The notes below the pieces were generated by a model. It made no database searches, had not been told where the DNA came from, and worked only from the letters and a program-made list of their open reading frames with translations. Both the position numbers and the translations under genes were made by a program. DNA of 37,519 bases, taken from contig MU058444.1 in NCBI GenBank assembly GCA_013265495.1, positions 2,790,001 through 2,827,519 of the forward strand, given 5' to 3'. Below, piece by piece: positions 24,811 to 36,857 of this stretch (its first letter is position 1; each line of letters starts with the position of its first letter). The stretch is from Vicugna vicugna (Eukaryota).

Positions 24811-25094
24811 TTGGTTGAATAAACCTGTGACGTGGAATTACAGTGTTAGCAGCTTCTGTTCAGCCAGGTGAGGTGAAGTGGGGAGAGGAGCTGCTGTAAT
24901 GGCGTCCTTAAGAAGGGATTGTAGCACAGGAGGAGGTAAGAGCGCAGAGCAGCAGCAGACTGGGTGGTGTGCAGCTTTGAAGATACAGGAGCATCCGTTA
25001 CCCTGGTGGGAAAGCGCGGAGTTCTTAACACCAGAATCAGTGACTTGAAGGAGATGGAACTCAGGAGCCTGAATTTTAAACCCTCTTAGGGCAT

Positions 25095-25711
25095 CTAGCA
25101 ATTTTTGTTGTAGCTCTAACAAAGTGCCACCGATTTAATGGATTAAAACAGCACTCCTTTATTATCCTACTGCTCGATGGGTTAGAAATCTGACATGGGT
25201 CTCACTGAGCCCAAATCAGGTTGACAGCAGGGCTGTGGTTCTTACTGGACACTCCGGGGAGAGTCTCCTTCTAAGCTTGTTCAGGTTGCTGGCCAGATTT
25301 AGTTCCAAGCAGTGGTGGGTCTGAGGTCCCCATTTCCCTGCTGGTTGTCAGCCAGGGGCCCGTCTCTGTCCCTGGAGGCGGCCCACTTGCCCCTGTGCTT
25401 TCCGTGAGCCCCCGGGCCTCTCTCTGTTCTTTGCGTGTGGGTCCCGTCTCAGAGCCCCCGGCGGTGCCTCAGGCCCTTCTGCTTCAAACCGAGCTTCTCC
25501 TGCTGCCTCTCTGCCTCCGCCCGAGAAAGCTCTCGGCTTTTACAGGCTCATGTGGTTAGACTGGCCCATGTGGACAACAGGCTCACCTCCCCACCTCGAG
25601 GTCCTTAACCTTAATTGCATCTGCACCGTCCTTTTTGCCGCATAACCTGTTTATGGGTTCTAGGGATTAGGGTGTGAGCATCTTTGGAGGCCATCGATCT
25701 GCCTGTTACTG
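25095..25711 (-). mobile_element. MaLR solo LTR (MLT1D/E-like)
   Basis: taacaaagtgccacc..ttaaaacagcac..tttattatc..gaaatctgacatgggtctcactg..ccttaattgcatctgca..gggttctagggattaggg..atctttggaggcca. Confidence 0.85.
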
Positions 25712-26317
25712 TGAGGGTCTTCTCTCAAGGGGGTTGAAAACAACTTTTTACATCACTTTTCATCGGATTTACAACAAAACCATCACTCTTAGTTTGAGCA
25801 GAATACTAACTTTCCCTGGGTTTTTGTAGTTAGGGTAATTCACTTTGCTAGCTTCACATGTTTTAAAGTTGAAAAAGGGGTTAACGGTGACTTTTACAGA
25901 AATATAAGGAAGTACTGATTTTCTTTTTAGCGATACAGAAAGGAGGTAGGAAAGTCTTTGCTGTCTCTTGGACTGGCTTGAGCCAGGGTGAACAGGTACC
26001 TCCGTGCCTTTGCACATAGTGGGCTTTGTAACGAGGTGGTTTGAGTGGCTGTGACTTGTGGAGGGGCTCCGGTGTGAGAGCTGTTTGGTAAATGCATGGC
26101 CACTGACCTTTTAGCATCCTAAGAGTTTGTTTTATTTCTTGTCAATTAAACACACATTACGGGAACCCCTAGTCGGTGCCAGACGTGGTGTTAGGTTCAG
26201 AGGTACGTGTTTATTTCTGCTCTTACAGGACTCAGTGTTGATCAGGACGGGGAGTCTTAGCTGATGTGACCGCAGCAAGTTATGATGGCCGTTAGCTCGG
26301 CAGAGGGTCGAGACTCC

Positions 26318-26392
26318 NNNNNNNNNNNNNNNNNNNNNNNNNNNNNNNNNNNNNNNNNNNNNNNNNNNNNNNNNNNNNNNNNNNNNNNNNNN
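26318..26392. other. Assembly gap (75 N)
   Basis: Run of N. Confidence 1.
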
Positions 26393-26710
26393 CTCCAGGG
26401 TGGGGATTTCTGGAATGTGGATGCTATCAGTCTTCCTGAAGAGCAAAGTTTGTGACTTTTACATTTTGCAAGTAGTTTTATTGTTTGTGGTTATTAAATT
26501 TCCTACTCTCTACTCATTGGGTTTCTTTAGAACGCTGATTGTCCTCTGGTTAAGTAATAAAGAAAGTTAGTTATTTTACACTGTGTTTGGCATAAAGTGC
26601 TAACAAAGTACAGAACGGTGACAATGCTTCGGGAAGTAACTTTCTTAAGAAGCCAGAGAAAGCCTTGTAGTTAGTGTGATACGTTAGCAGCTAAGAAGTC
26701 TTTTGTTTGG

Positions 26711-27016
26711 TCCTGGGCAGTAGCATTTTCTGTGTTGTTGAAAACATTTCTGTACCTGTGCTGTTCAACTCTGTAGCCTGTAGCTACTTAGGGCTGTCGA
26801 ATGCTTAAATACGGCTAGTGGGGTTGAAGAATTCAGGTGTGTGTTTGTTTCTTAATGGAGGTACTGCGAATTGAACCCAGGACCTTGTGCAAGCTAAGCA
26901 CGCCCTCTACCACAGAGCTGTACCCTCCCCTAAGGAATTCAGTTTTTACTTTTATTTTAATTAATTTAAATTTAAATAGCCTTTGTAGCTGATGGTTACC
27001 AGATTGGACAGCACAC
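26711..27016 (+). mobile_element. MER3 (hAT-Charlie non-autonomous DNA transposon) interrupted by a SINE
   Basis: ctgtgctgttcaa..gtagcc..ggctagtg [SINE] ttttaattaatttaaatttaaatagcc..ttggacagcac matches the recalled MER3 consensus. Confidence 0.8.
26837..26930 (-). mobile_element. tRNA-Ala-derived SINE nested in MER3
   Basis: Antisense SINE head; TSD core gaattcag at 26829-26836 and 26935-26942. Confidence 0.9.
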
Positions 27017-27769
27017 TTCTTTGTCGTGTTTGAAATGCATTTAGATAGTCATATATTTTGTAAAGCGTAATAATGGTTTGAGATTCATGGATTCTGGAGC
27101 TGCAAATCTGAGGTGGCCGTGGAAGTTGTTATGAGGGCTTGTGGCCATGCAGGGTTGTGAGGCCCCTGAGCCACGACAGCCCCGCTCTTCCTTGTGTGGC
27201 TGTCGCCTCCCTGTCCCTGAGCCGTCCACCTATGCAGGTGTTGCAGGAAATCCATGGAAGGGGGCACGTGGCATTGCCCAGAGGACACGCTGGGGTTCCT
27301 ATCCTGGGTCTCTCTGGGCCAAATGGTGCCACGTGTGGCCTGTGGTAATCTTGTGAGTCTAAATATTTACTTATCCTAGGAAGACTCCCTGACATCACAG
27401 ACACAGTTCGCCTTCGCTCATTCTGAACAGAACGACGTTTGGTAGACTGGGCCGAGAAAAGACTGCCGAGACTCACCGGAGGGGCAGTGCCCCCTGTAAT
27501 TTATAACCACTGTTTACAAAGTAGCTCCACGAAAAGATAATACACGGTGCATAAAAAGCCCGCTTGTAATTGAGCGGCCGCGGTGCTTGATGTCGGTTAT
27601 CCCCAAGTCTGCGGGAGGCCACCGGGTGGGTCCCCCCAGGCTGGCTCCAGGTCGCCCAGCTTCCGCCCCACCCCACCCCAGCCCCCGGGCTCTGTGATGC
27701 TGCCTTCTCTGCGGTGCTCACAGCGGCGCCACTGGCTGCAGCGATCGCTCTTGTACGCTCACTTACTGG

Positions 27770-27900
27770 CTTGATGTTGGATTGTCTGCAGCGTAAGCTC
27801 CGTGGGGACGAGGAATTCGCCCTCTTGTTGGCGACTCTTTCTCCATTACTGTGACAATGGCTGGACCTCAGGGACAGTCCCGAGTGAGTGAACGAATGGG
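27770..27900 (+). mobile_element. L2 3' end fragment
   Basis: gtaagctccgtggggacgagga..gagtgagtgaacgaatg. Confidence 0.55.
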
Positions 27901-30574
27901 AGAAAACACTCTTGGGTTTTAGAACTTTACCTCTCAGTGAGATTCTTCCTAAGTTACTAAATGTTGAGACTGAATGAGATGGTAGTTTGGATGAAGCCTT
28001 GGTGGATATTCTGTCACTTTCAAGAAAAAACTCTGGTAGAGAAATGCTCTTTGCCTTTGCAGAAGTTCAGCACTGGTTTTGTCTTTTGTCTGGGGGCTTG
28101 GGGCTCTCTCTCCTGGAATCGGGAACTAACTGAGGAGGATGGAGGGTACTTCCTGTATCTCAGTGTGACCTCAGGAGGACCCCCTTTTTTTCCTCCCCAG
28201 TGACCTATTCAAACATTGAAAACATGTATTTAAAAACAAAATGAAACTACAGCTATTACGAACCTTGCTGTTTAGGTCTATGAACGAAAGACTTAAGCAC
28301 GGTCCGCCATCATTAATGGCGGTAAAGGAGTGTCTAGGAGAGTTATGTAATGTGACCTCTGGGCTGTGACTTGGAGTCATAGTCCTTGCTAGTGGTCCCT
28401 TCGTCTCCTTTCCCCCCCAAACCCCCAAATGCTGTGTCCCCGGTTCTCTACTGTTACTAGGGAACAAATGTACGAGAGTAGTCGTAGAGTGCCGTAAACT
28501 TGCGATAGCCCATCTCAGAAGCATCCGACTCTGTAAACTGCTCGTGGGGCGGAGAAGACATCCATTCTTGTTCCGTAGTAACTGCTGGGTGTCAGAACTT
28601 TATTTCACACCCACCCTACCCTCAGTTTTTCCTAGTCCACCTTTCTTTATTGTTATCGTTTGACCATCCGGGATCAGAACCAAATCAAAACAGCCTGTAC
28701 TTAGGGGGTCATTATATTACCAGAATATACTAACAATGTAAAGGAATATAACAAGTGTACTCATGAAAACAGAGGCATTTGTTGGGGTCTTTGAGTGTGT
28801 ATGGTGGAAATACCGATGTCGCGCTGTAGAGTGAGTATCTTATTGGAATGCATGTGTGTATTGCACTTTTTAAATCAGTTTTAATGAGGTGTAATTTACA
28901 TACAATGGAATGCAGTCATTTTCAGAGTGCATTTCCTTGACTTTTGAGAATTACAAGGTACAGATATTTTTGATAGAAAAATGAGATGCAACTTTCAAGT
29001 CCCTTGCAGCTCACTGGGTTGTTGCAGCTTAGAAATTGAAATAAGTAGTAAAATACGTACCACGTGGGAAAAGATGAGGCCAACGTAAACAAAGAAGAGT
29101 AGCGGTCGTGCCATTTGTAGTTCTTACCTGACTCGGAAACCCATGTAATCCTGATTTTTTTATCGGTATCTGAGCCTCTTGGGATCATACAGTTTCTCTC
29201 AGTTGTAGAGAAATATAGATCATCATACTGCATGTTGTCCGGTGGTAGTTTTTTGGCGAGAATTTTTCTTACGCAAAATTGAGTAAACTTCATGCTCGTG
29301 GAAAAATAATTTACAACAGAATTTTATTGATTGTGTTCTCATTTGGAATAACAGCAGGGCAGATCACCTAGGCCAGCGCAAGTTGGATCCCATTTCCTGA
29401 GGAGTTAGCTATGAGAAGAAACTCATTTCAATTTCAGTGGTGACAGCTGTTGAGTGAATTTTCCTGTGATACCCTTCACAGCAGGAAATGATATGTTGTA
29501 GCTTGGGCTCCCTTGACTTCCTGCACACCCAGCAAGTCCAGACGGCAGGAAGTGTGCTTTCTAAATGTCGGAATAGCCTAGCTTATGGGGACGGAGCATT
29601 TCTTTGTAACATCTGAAGTGGGTTTAAAATTGTGATTGCAAAATTGGTTATATGGATGATAGACAAAACTATTGTTTCCTTTTTTGCAATTGGTTTTTCC
29701 ATTTGTGCTGTGATTATACCTGACTCTACGTTGTATTGGAACTTGGTCTACTTTTATAGACTGATGTGGGAAATTACAGTCATTTTGAAAGCTGTATTTG
29801 CTTACTTTTAAATTTAAGCAAATAAATGTTTTCTTGATGCAGAGATCAGCTTTGATTACCTGCGATGCTTTCTTCACTGCTTTTTTATTTTATGCCAGTT
29901 TTTGAAATATGGTTAAGTATAGCTGCCAGATAGAAAGGAGAAGCTCGTATTAACCTCTTTCAAGAGTCCTGGGAAATACTGCTAGAGAAAGGAAATGTGT
30001 TTTCTATGTTTCTGTTTTATGAACCTCAGAATTTGTCTGTTGGGGGAATGGAAGGCGTTGAGATACTCCCAGAGGCTGGGAGGCGGATTCTGCCCAGTCT
30101 GGCCCAGGGTCCTGCTGTCATCTGCGCTCATGTCCCACCCAGCACGGCTTCTGACAAAGGACAGAAGAATGGACCTTGTAACTCAGTGCTGAGGTGGGCA
30201 CGCAGCCCCAAAGACTTCCAAAAGTCACAGCTTTATCCATCCCCACTTCCGAAAAAAGATTCAAGTTACCTCCAAGCTAATCAGAATTCAAGACTGCTTC
30301 CCGAAGACTTTAAATGGCAAACTGCGGCTCAGGGTTAGAGCCTTGACTCCCAAGTACAGTGCTGAGAAAACAAGCCTACTTGCAGTAGGCTTGGGGCCCT
30401 TGCTCTTGGCCCCAATGCAGCGTGTTTTCCGCTCATGACCAGCAGAGACTGATTCTAGTGTGGTAAACAAGAGTCAGGGGAGGGCAGGTGGCTTTTCTAC
30501 AGGCATCCCTGGCCCTCAGGAGAGCCGTCGGATGGCCTCACACCCCTGTCCTCACCCATATGGTGAGTGACCTG

Positions 30575-30843
30575 TGAGAACCCAAATAGGGGCCACAGGT
30601 TTACTTTTCAGTTACTTCAGTGCAATTCATTTTACTAATATCTTATTTCATTCACCCCAAATATTTCAACATATAACCAATATGAAAATTTATTAATGAA
30701 ATGTTTTACATTATTTTTTCATACTAAGTCTTTGAACTCCAGTGCCTGCTCTATACTTTGTGGACATCTCAACTCTGACAAAGCTTCGTTTCCAGGGCTC
30801 AGAAGTCATGGCTGGCTAGTGGCTGCTGTGTGGGATAGAGCAG
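30575..30843 (+). mobile_element. MER33 (hAT-Charlie)
   Basis: atttcaacatataaccaatatgaaaatttattaatga..catactaagtctttgaa..acatctcaa..ggctagtggct. Confidence 0.8.
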
Positions 30844-31229
30844 CTCCACAAAGTGGGGCTCCGTTGAAATCTGCAGGGTTTGAGGCTGTTTGCAGCGTGC
30901 AAACTTCCTAAGAGTATAAAGCTTCCAGATCATAAGGTTATTCAAAGACGTCTAAATTCTACTTCAAGATTCAGTATTTTATGTGATAATATAAAGAAGA
31001 TAGGAAAGAAATACAATTCCCCCCTGAAATTCAAGGGGAGATACTAGTACACGTTAAGAGTAGAGAGAAACAACCACCAACACGTTCAAGTGTAATAAAC
31101 TGAGGCTTAGATGGTGATGATGACAATTCGAGTGCGAAATACTGTGGTGGACGCCTACTGGCATCTCCTTCGATTCTCACAGCAGCCCTTTAAGAGGGGT
31201 GCGTTCATGATCCCTTTTAGGGTCCCTGT

Positions 31230-31335
31230 GTACCAGGGAGGAAACTGAAAGTAATGAAGAGGTTTTCGCCAAGTTACATGGACAGTGAGTGGAAGCAGAC
31301 CATGACCAGTGGATCCTGAAGCCAGTGCTCTGGGT
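31230..31335 (-). mobile_element. MIR fragment
   Basis: gaggaaactga..gccaagttacatggacagtgagtggaag. Confidence 0.55.
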
Positions 31336-31789
31336 CACTCTGTTCTGCTTGCTCCTTTCTGCTGTTCTGCCTCTGTGATTGCTTTTGGCCATTTGGACTT
31401 GGAAAAATGATGCAAATATGGAGGAATGGCAGCCAGTTCCTAACATGTTGCAACTATTCCACTACTTCCTGTTTACCTCCCTCAATTTTCATCACTGATG
31501 AGGACAGGAGAAAATGATTGGAGAGATAATCACCCCTGAAGGGGCTTTTGCCCCCCATTTTGTCCGCTGTGCCCTGTGGCGTGGGTGTCCCCATACTGGA
31601 GCTGGTGAAGCCACTTGAGTGGAGGTTTGATGGTCTGCTCTCTGCTGAGCTCGGTGCCACAGCATGGAAAGACTTCCTCCTCCTTACCCAGCTCATCTGG
31701 TCGTGAGACCCACAAGTCCACTTTTGTAGAATTCCTTCTTTTTGTTTTCAGCTCTTCTTTGGCAGCTCTCAAAAACAATATTTTTAAAC

Positions 31790-31930
31790 ACTTTTTTTTT
31801 GTGGTATGATTCCTGTGAAGTAAACTGTACATATTTCAGATGTACACTTTGATGAATTTTGATAGATGTACACACCCATGAACCCACCACCACAATCAAG
31901 ATAGCTCACATTTCCATCACTCTCCAAGAG
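31790..31930 (-). mobile_element. Old LINE-1 (L1M) 3' terminus
   Basis: T tail then tttgatgaattttga..acacccatg..ccaccaccacaatcaagatag..catttccatcac. Confidence 0.8.
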
Positions 31931-31944
31931 GTGTAATTTTTGAA

Positions 31945-32455
31945 AGCCCAATTTATCCCTTCCCACCCCCTCTACCCCCGGTAACCATAAGTTTGTTCTC
32001 TGTCTATAAGTCTGTTTTAGATAAGTTCATTTGTGTCCTTTTTTCTAGATTCCACATATGGGTAATACGATATGACATTTTTCTTTCTCTTTCTGGCTGA
32101 CTTCACTTAGAACAACAATCTCCAGTTCCATCCATGTTGCTGCAAATGGCATTATTTTATTCTTTTTTATGGCTGAGTAGTATTCCATTGTGTATGTGTG
32201 TGTATGTGTACATCTTCTTTATCCAGTCATCTGTTGATGGACACTTGGGTTGTTTCCATGTCTTGGCTATTGTAAATAGTGCTGCTGTGAACATGAGGGT
32301 GCATGTATCTTTTTGAATTATATTTTTATCTGAATATATACCCAGGAGTGGGATTACTGGATCATACAAAAGTCTACTTTTTTTAAGGACCCTCCATACT
32401 GTCCTTCATAGTGGCTGCACCAGTTTATATCCCCACCAACAGTGTAGAAGGTTTC
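31945..32455 (-). mobile_element. Lineage-specific LINE-1 fragment (ORF2 C-terminus, part of 3'UTR)
   Basis: Minus ORF 32157-32369 [38 protein letters not shown]. Confidence 0.93.
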
Positions 32456-34213
32456 AAAAACAATTCCCTGTTGAGACCTCAGTGTTTGCATTGATATTGG
32501 TGGTGCATCGAATGGGACTTAAATGTCTCTTGTTTCTACGAAGACCTTTCACGGTTTGCCTTTCACAGATGAGATGTGCGCAGACATCTCTGTTTCTGAT
32601 TTACCTTTTTACATATCCACTGTGTTTGCATTCTGTAAGTTAGACGTCTGTGTGGTAAGCTGGTTCCATGAGGGTGTGATTAATCGTACCTTCCTGTCTC
32701 ACTTATCCCCAGCCCTCCTCCTACCCCACCGTGGATTGGTGTCATTGGATTGAAAGTAGAATCATGTCAAATTTAGTTACACAGACACGTGTTACAGATA
32801 TTTCGAAAGTCTCTTCTCCTTTCAGCTTTTAATTTGTTGAAACTGTTAGCTTTGCAGTGTTCTATTTACTGTGACTTTTAGCTGTGTTGGAAAAGTAACT
32901 GTGCTTACCTCTTACTGTTTAATGAGCGCAATAATGTGGGAGGAAAAAGTTCCTCAGATGTGACTGAGTTTTAATTAAGTTGCAGGCAGGCCTAGTAAAC
33001 AAATACTACAGTGAGAAAATGCTTGTTATATTTTGTGTACCATTAGTTCTCCTACGGTAGCCTGGATGACTTAGGACCACCGGCTCAAAAGAAAACAAAG
33101 GAACCAAGGACACACACCCAAGTACCTCTGTGTCAGCAAAGGGTTTGTGACACACAGCTGCAAGCTTCAGTCTTCTTAGAAAATACCGTTATGCACGAGT
33201 TCAGGTTTTTAAAGGTTTTAAACTTGACAGAGCCTCACATTTTTATTAAAATGGTGATTCAGCGCTATGTTATTGCAGACGGAGATAGGATTTGTTTTTA
33301 TTTTCATGGTTTCATGGACCTGCATTTCAGGACCTACATACCCAATTTTAGCTCTTTTTTTCCCCTTTGCCTCTGTTTGACTTTTTGGCCACCTAACCCA
33401 ACCTCCTCCTCTAGAAACCGTGAGATTTCCTTGGCTTTGCTTATCTCTTTCTGTCTGTCCATCTGACACGTGCGAGCCCTCTGGATCCTGAGGAAAACAG
33501 CTGTTTTATTATCCCCAAAGTCACCTCCTTCTCACACTTGTATTTTTAACCCCCTCCAATAACCTCAGTAAACTCAAATCACATGCTCCTGTGAACCTGG
33601 TCAAAACTTAAGGATGTTTTAATGCATATAAAATTACTCAGGTACAGTTGATGAAGACATTGGAATAGCCGGGCCTGTGACTTCTCTGTGGTCATCCCAT
33701 CCCGCTCCTAAGCCTCCAGACGCAGCCCTTCCTTGACTGTGACCTCCCGCACTTCCCCTTCCCCTCCCCGTCCCTCATCCTCCCTGACCAGTGTCTTCCT
33801 GTCTTTCAGCCTTTTTGCTGGTCCCGTTGGCGTGGAAGGCTTGTCTCCTCAGCCTCAACTTCTAGTGACACCCAGGGCCCTGTGCCCTGTCCCCGCACTC
33901 TCCCTCTTCGTGACATCTCGGGGCTGCCTGCGGCTCTGTCTTCCCCTTCTTGGGCCGGGCGTGCTCCCTGTGGCCTGGCCGTGTCACCCAACTCTAGTCC
34001 TGCCATGGGGGCCAGATCCGGGCCCCGCCCCGTGGTGTGATTCTTCCTTGGTCCCCGAGATGCTTAATGAGTGCACGCAGAGGGGTTGAGGAGCCCCACT
34101 CTTGAAAGCTTTCTTCTTTTTAGGGTGATTAGAAAAGGACAACCACTGGGATTTAGGAAAGGTCTGTTATAGAGAGTCTGACAGTCTAATGGCATTTAAA
34201 AAAATAAAGTTTT

Positions 34214-34310
34214 GGGAGGGTGGGAATAGCTCAGTGGTAGACAGAGCACATGCTTAGCATGCACAAGGTCATGGGTTCAATCCCTGGTACCTCCATTATT
34301 AAAAAAAATC
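34214..34310 (+). mobile_element. tRNA-Ala-derived SINE
   Basis: aatagctcagtggtaga..cttagcatgcacaaggtcatgggttcaatccc plus A tail. Confidence 0.9.
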
Positions 34311-34382
34311 AGAACCTTTATAAAAAATTTTTTTCCCCTCGGTTTTGTGCATTTGTATAGTCCTGTTTGGGGAGTGAAGGTG

Positions 34383-34507
34383 TTTATTTTGCTTTTTGGG
34401 GGAGGGGGATTAGGTTTATTTATTGATTGATTGATTGAAGTCTGAGGATTGAACCCGACCTTGTGCATGCTCAGCCTGCGCTCTATCGCTGAGCTAGTCC
34501 CACCCCT
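34383..34507 (-). mobile_element. tRNA-Ala-derived SINE
   Basis: ggattgaacccgaccttgtgcatgctcagc..ctctatcgctgagcta. Confidence 0.88.
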
Positions 34508-35198
34508 TCTTCTGCTCTTCCAATGCGACGTAGTTGTTTCATTTTGCAAGCACACACTGTATCCCTTCACAGCTCAGTATCTTCACACAGTCTTGTATTA
34601 TGACTGAATACGCATTGAAGCACATCTGTCGTTTTCCCTGCTTTTCTGGCTTTTTGGTAACTTGAGGAAATGATAGCATTTTACCTTTAGTGCCTTTCAC
34701 CTGCTACTCTGGCAAATAAAGGATGGATTATACAGACAGTATGTGAATAAATCACTGCAATTGCTCTTCCCCGACCACCCAGGTTCATGGGGAGCAATTG
34801 ACGCTGAGTTGGACTTGCCTTTTTTCTTTTCAACTTGTGGCAAATTAGTGGCTAAACGGAGAATTAGAGAAATTAAATCTCCACTTTTCAGGATTCTCTG
34901 ATTAATCAAAAATTCCTTTTTATTGTTGGCAAATTTCGTGGCCCATTGAAATGTTTTTTGGGTTGCTGTACTGAAAAAAAACATGGCATTTGTGTTACAT
35001 CTCAATTTCTTCTTTTATGGAAGTTTAGAAGCGGGAAAGCTTTTATGCCCACTAAATCCCCCTTGTTAAAATGTACATCAGCGACAGTGAGTGTTTCTCC
35101 AAATAAAGCTGTGATTATTTAAATAATAATCACATGCTGAGTTTGTGTGTGTGTAACCAATTAGCAACAGTTTTTGCTGTTAAGAATTAATTTTTCTA

Positions 35199-35335
35199 GG
35201 GAGGGAGGATATAGCTCAAGTGGTAGAGTGCATGCTTAGCATGCATGAGGTCCTGGGTTCAATCGTCTGTGCCTCCATTTAAGAAAAAAATTAATTAATT
35301 AATTAAACTTAATTACCTCTTCCTTGACCCCCCAA
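35199..35335 (+). mobile_element. tRNA-Ala-derived SINE
   Basis: SINE head plus tail; TSD aattaatttttcta (35185-35198) / aattactttttcta (35336-35349). Confidence 0.92.
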
Positions 35336-35699
35336 AATTACTTTTTCTATGTTTCCCCAATACAGTGATTAAGAATGTTCGTTCATAACATTGATCTATT
35401 TTTTTAATTGTAAAAACAAGACTGTTTCGGCAGTTCACCGTGTCTTTTTGCTCATCGGTGTAGCGGCTGTGCTCACTTGGAAGCGGTCTGATAGCAGCGA
35501 ACACCAGATCTGAGTGTGGTAGAGGGTGCCCCACCCCCTGTCCAGGGCGCCGCCATCAAGCTCCTCTGCTAACATCCCTTGGTGCTTCCAAAGGCCGGAG
35601 GTCCATTTTCACGAGCTAATGCGAATTGTTCCGAAGGGTTTCATTCTCTGATGGCAACACTATTTGTTTCTTTCTCCGTCTGCTGCAGACTTCTACAAA

Positions 35700-35830
35700 A
35701 ACTTCTCTTGCCTGGAATATCGCAGTATCTTTCCAACTGATTTCCCGTTGTTCCTTTCCCAAGCATAATCCTGATGGTGTGAACTCTTGCCCCAAATCTT
35801 TCTGCGGTTCTTTACTGCCCATAGACCATC
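35700..35830 (+). mobile_element. L2 fragment
   Basis: tctcttgcctggaatatcgcagtatctttccaactgatttccc resembles L2 tctcgcctggattattgcaatagcctcctaactggtctccc. Confidence 0.6.
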
Positions 35831-36274
35831 GGATACAGTGCTTCTCACGGTTTGCCTTTCTTGTGTCTGAAAATTCTCCCCCCACGTTGGCTTCATCTAC
35901 CCCTAACTAGCTCAAATATGCATTAAATAGCTGGGCTGTACGTCAGCCAAGACGTAAGTTAGCCCTTCTGGTCATGGGTGACAGGCGGAGGAATCGCATT
36001 CCCAGTTCTCATGCCCGAGCGCTTCATTTCCATCACCTTTCTTCCCGGGGGTTCCGCGCTTGCCCTGACTGGGCTGGCTGGTAGCCATCTTCCTTCTAAT
36101 AATATTTTTAGAAGTATGGTGTCTGTAGTTACCTTACATCCTCCCTGTAGTTATTTATACCCAGTAAATTCTTTATTAATCATTGCTACTCTTCTATTTT
36201 TTACTTTTTTTCTTGGAATTTAGCCCTTTTACACGTTACTGGAGGAGGGCATTGCTTGTTTGACATTGCATGTT

Positions 36275-36390
36275 GTTTGCTTTTGAGGGGAAGTAATTCA
36301 GTTTATGTATTTATTTTTATGGAAGGATTGAACCCAGGATCTCGTGCATGCTAGGTATGTGCTTTACCACTGAACTGCACCCTCCCTCTC
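36275..36390 (-). mobile_element. tRNA-Ala-derived SINE
   Basis: Antisense head; TSD ttgcatgtt at 36266-36274 and 36393-36401. Confidence 0.9.
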
Positions 36391-36857
36391 TGTTGCATGT
36401 TCTGTCAGAGCCTTGAGGAGCAACCGTTTATACTGCTGCTCAGGCAAACATGTGTCCTCTTTCTGTATCTTCTCTTTGTACTGAGTCCACTGCAGCTATC
36501 TGGGCTGAGAAACCTATATGCTCAGTAACACTAGAATCATGTTTGTACATCATTTTACCATTTATAGAGAGGACTTCTGTGTTTGTTAATCTTGTCGAGT
36601 TGGAAGATGGTGATCAACTTCTGGCTGAAGAGGCCTAAGCTTGTAGGGGCCAGCGCCTCCCAGCTGGGAGAGGACTCCATGCTGCCGCCCTTCCCTCCCT
36701 GGCCCTCCCCTCCCCCGCCCCCTACACTTACTGGTCAAGACTGCAGTCGCTTTGTGTCCTGGAATGTGCTTTGCTGGTTTTAATTACCACTTTGAATATA
36801 TTATTTCCTTTGATTTCCCCAGCGTGTCTGCCAGTCAGGCAGGCCTGGCATCACTAG

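Noticed and set aside
35313..35910. Long minus-strand frame with only two stops, suggesting a pseudogene
   Set aside because: Its centre is L2-derived and its end runs into a SINE tail; no recognisable protein.
36721..36770. TGQDCS..NV peptide resembling the next PRIM2 exon (TGQDYS..NV)
   Set aside because: No AG acceptor at the right place, no HSY before it, no GKISLDQID after it, and no donor. Probably chance; a tblastn search would settle it.
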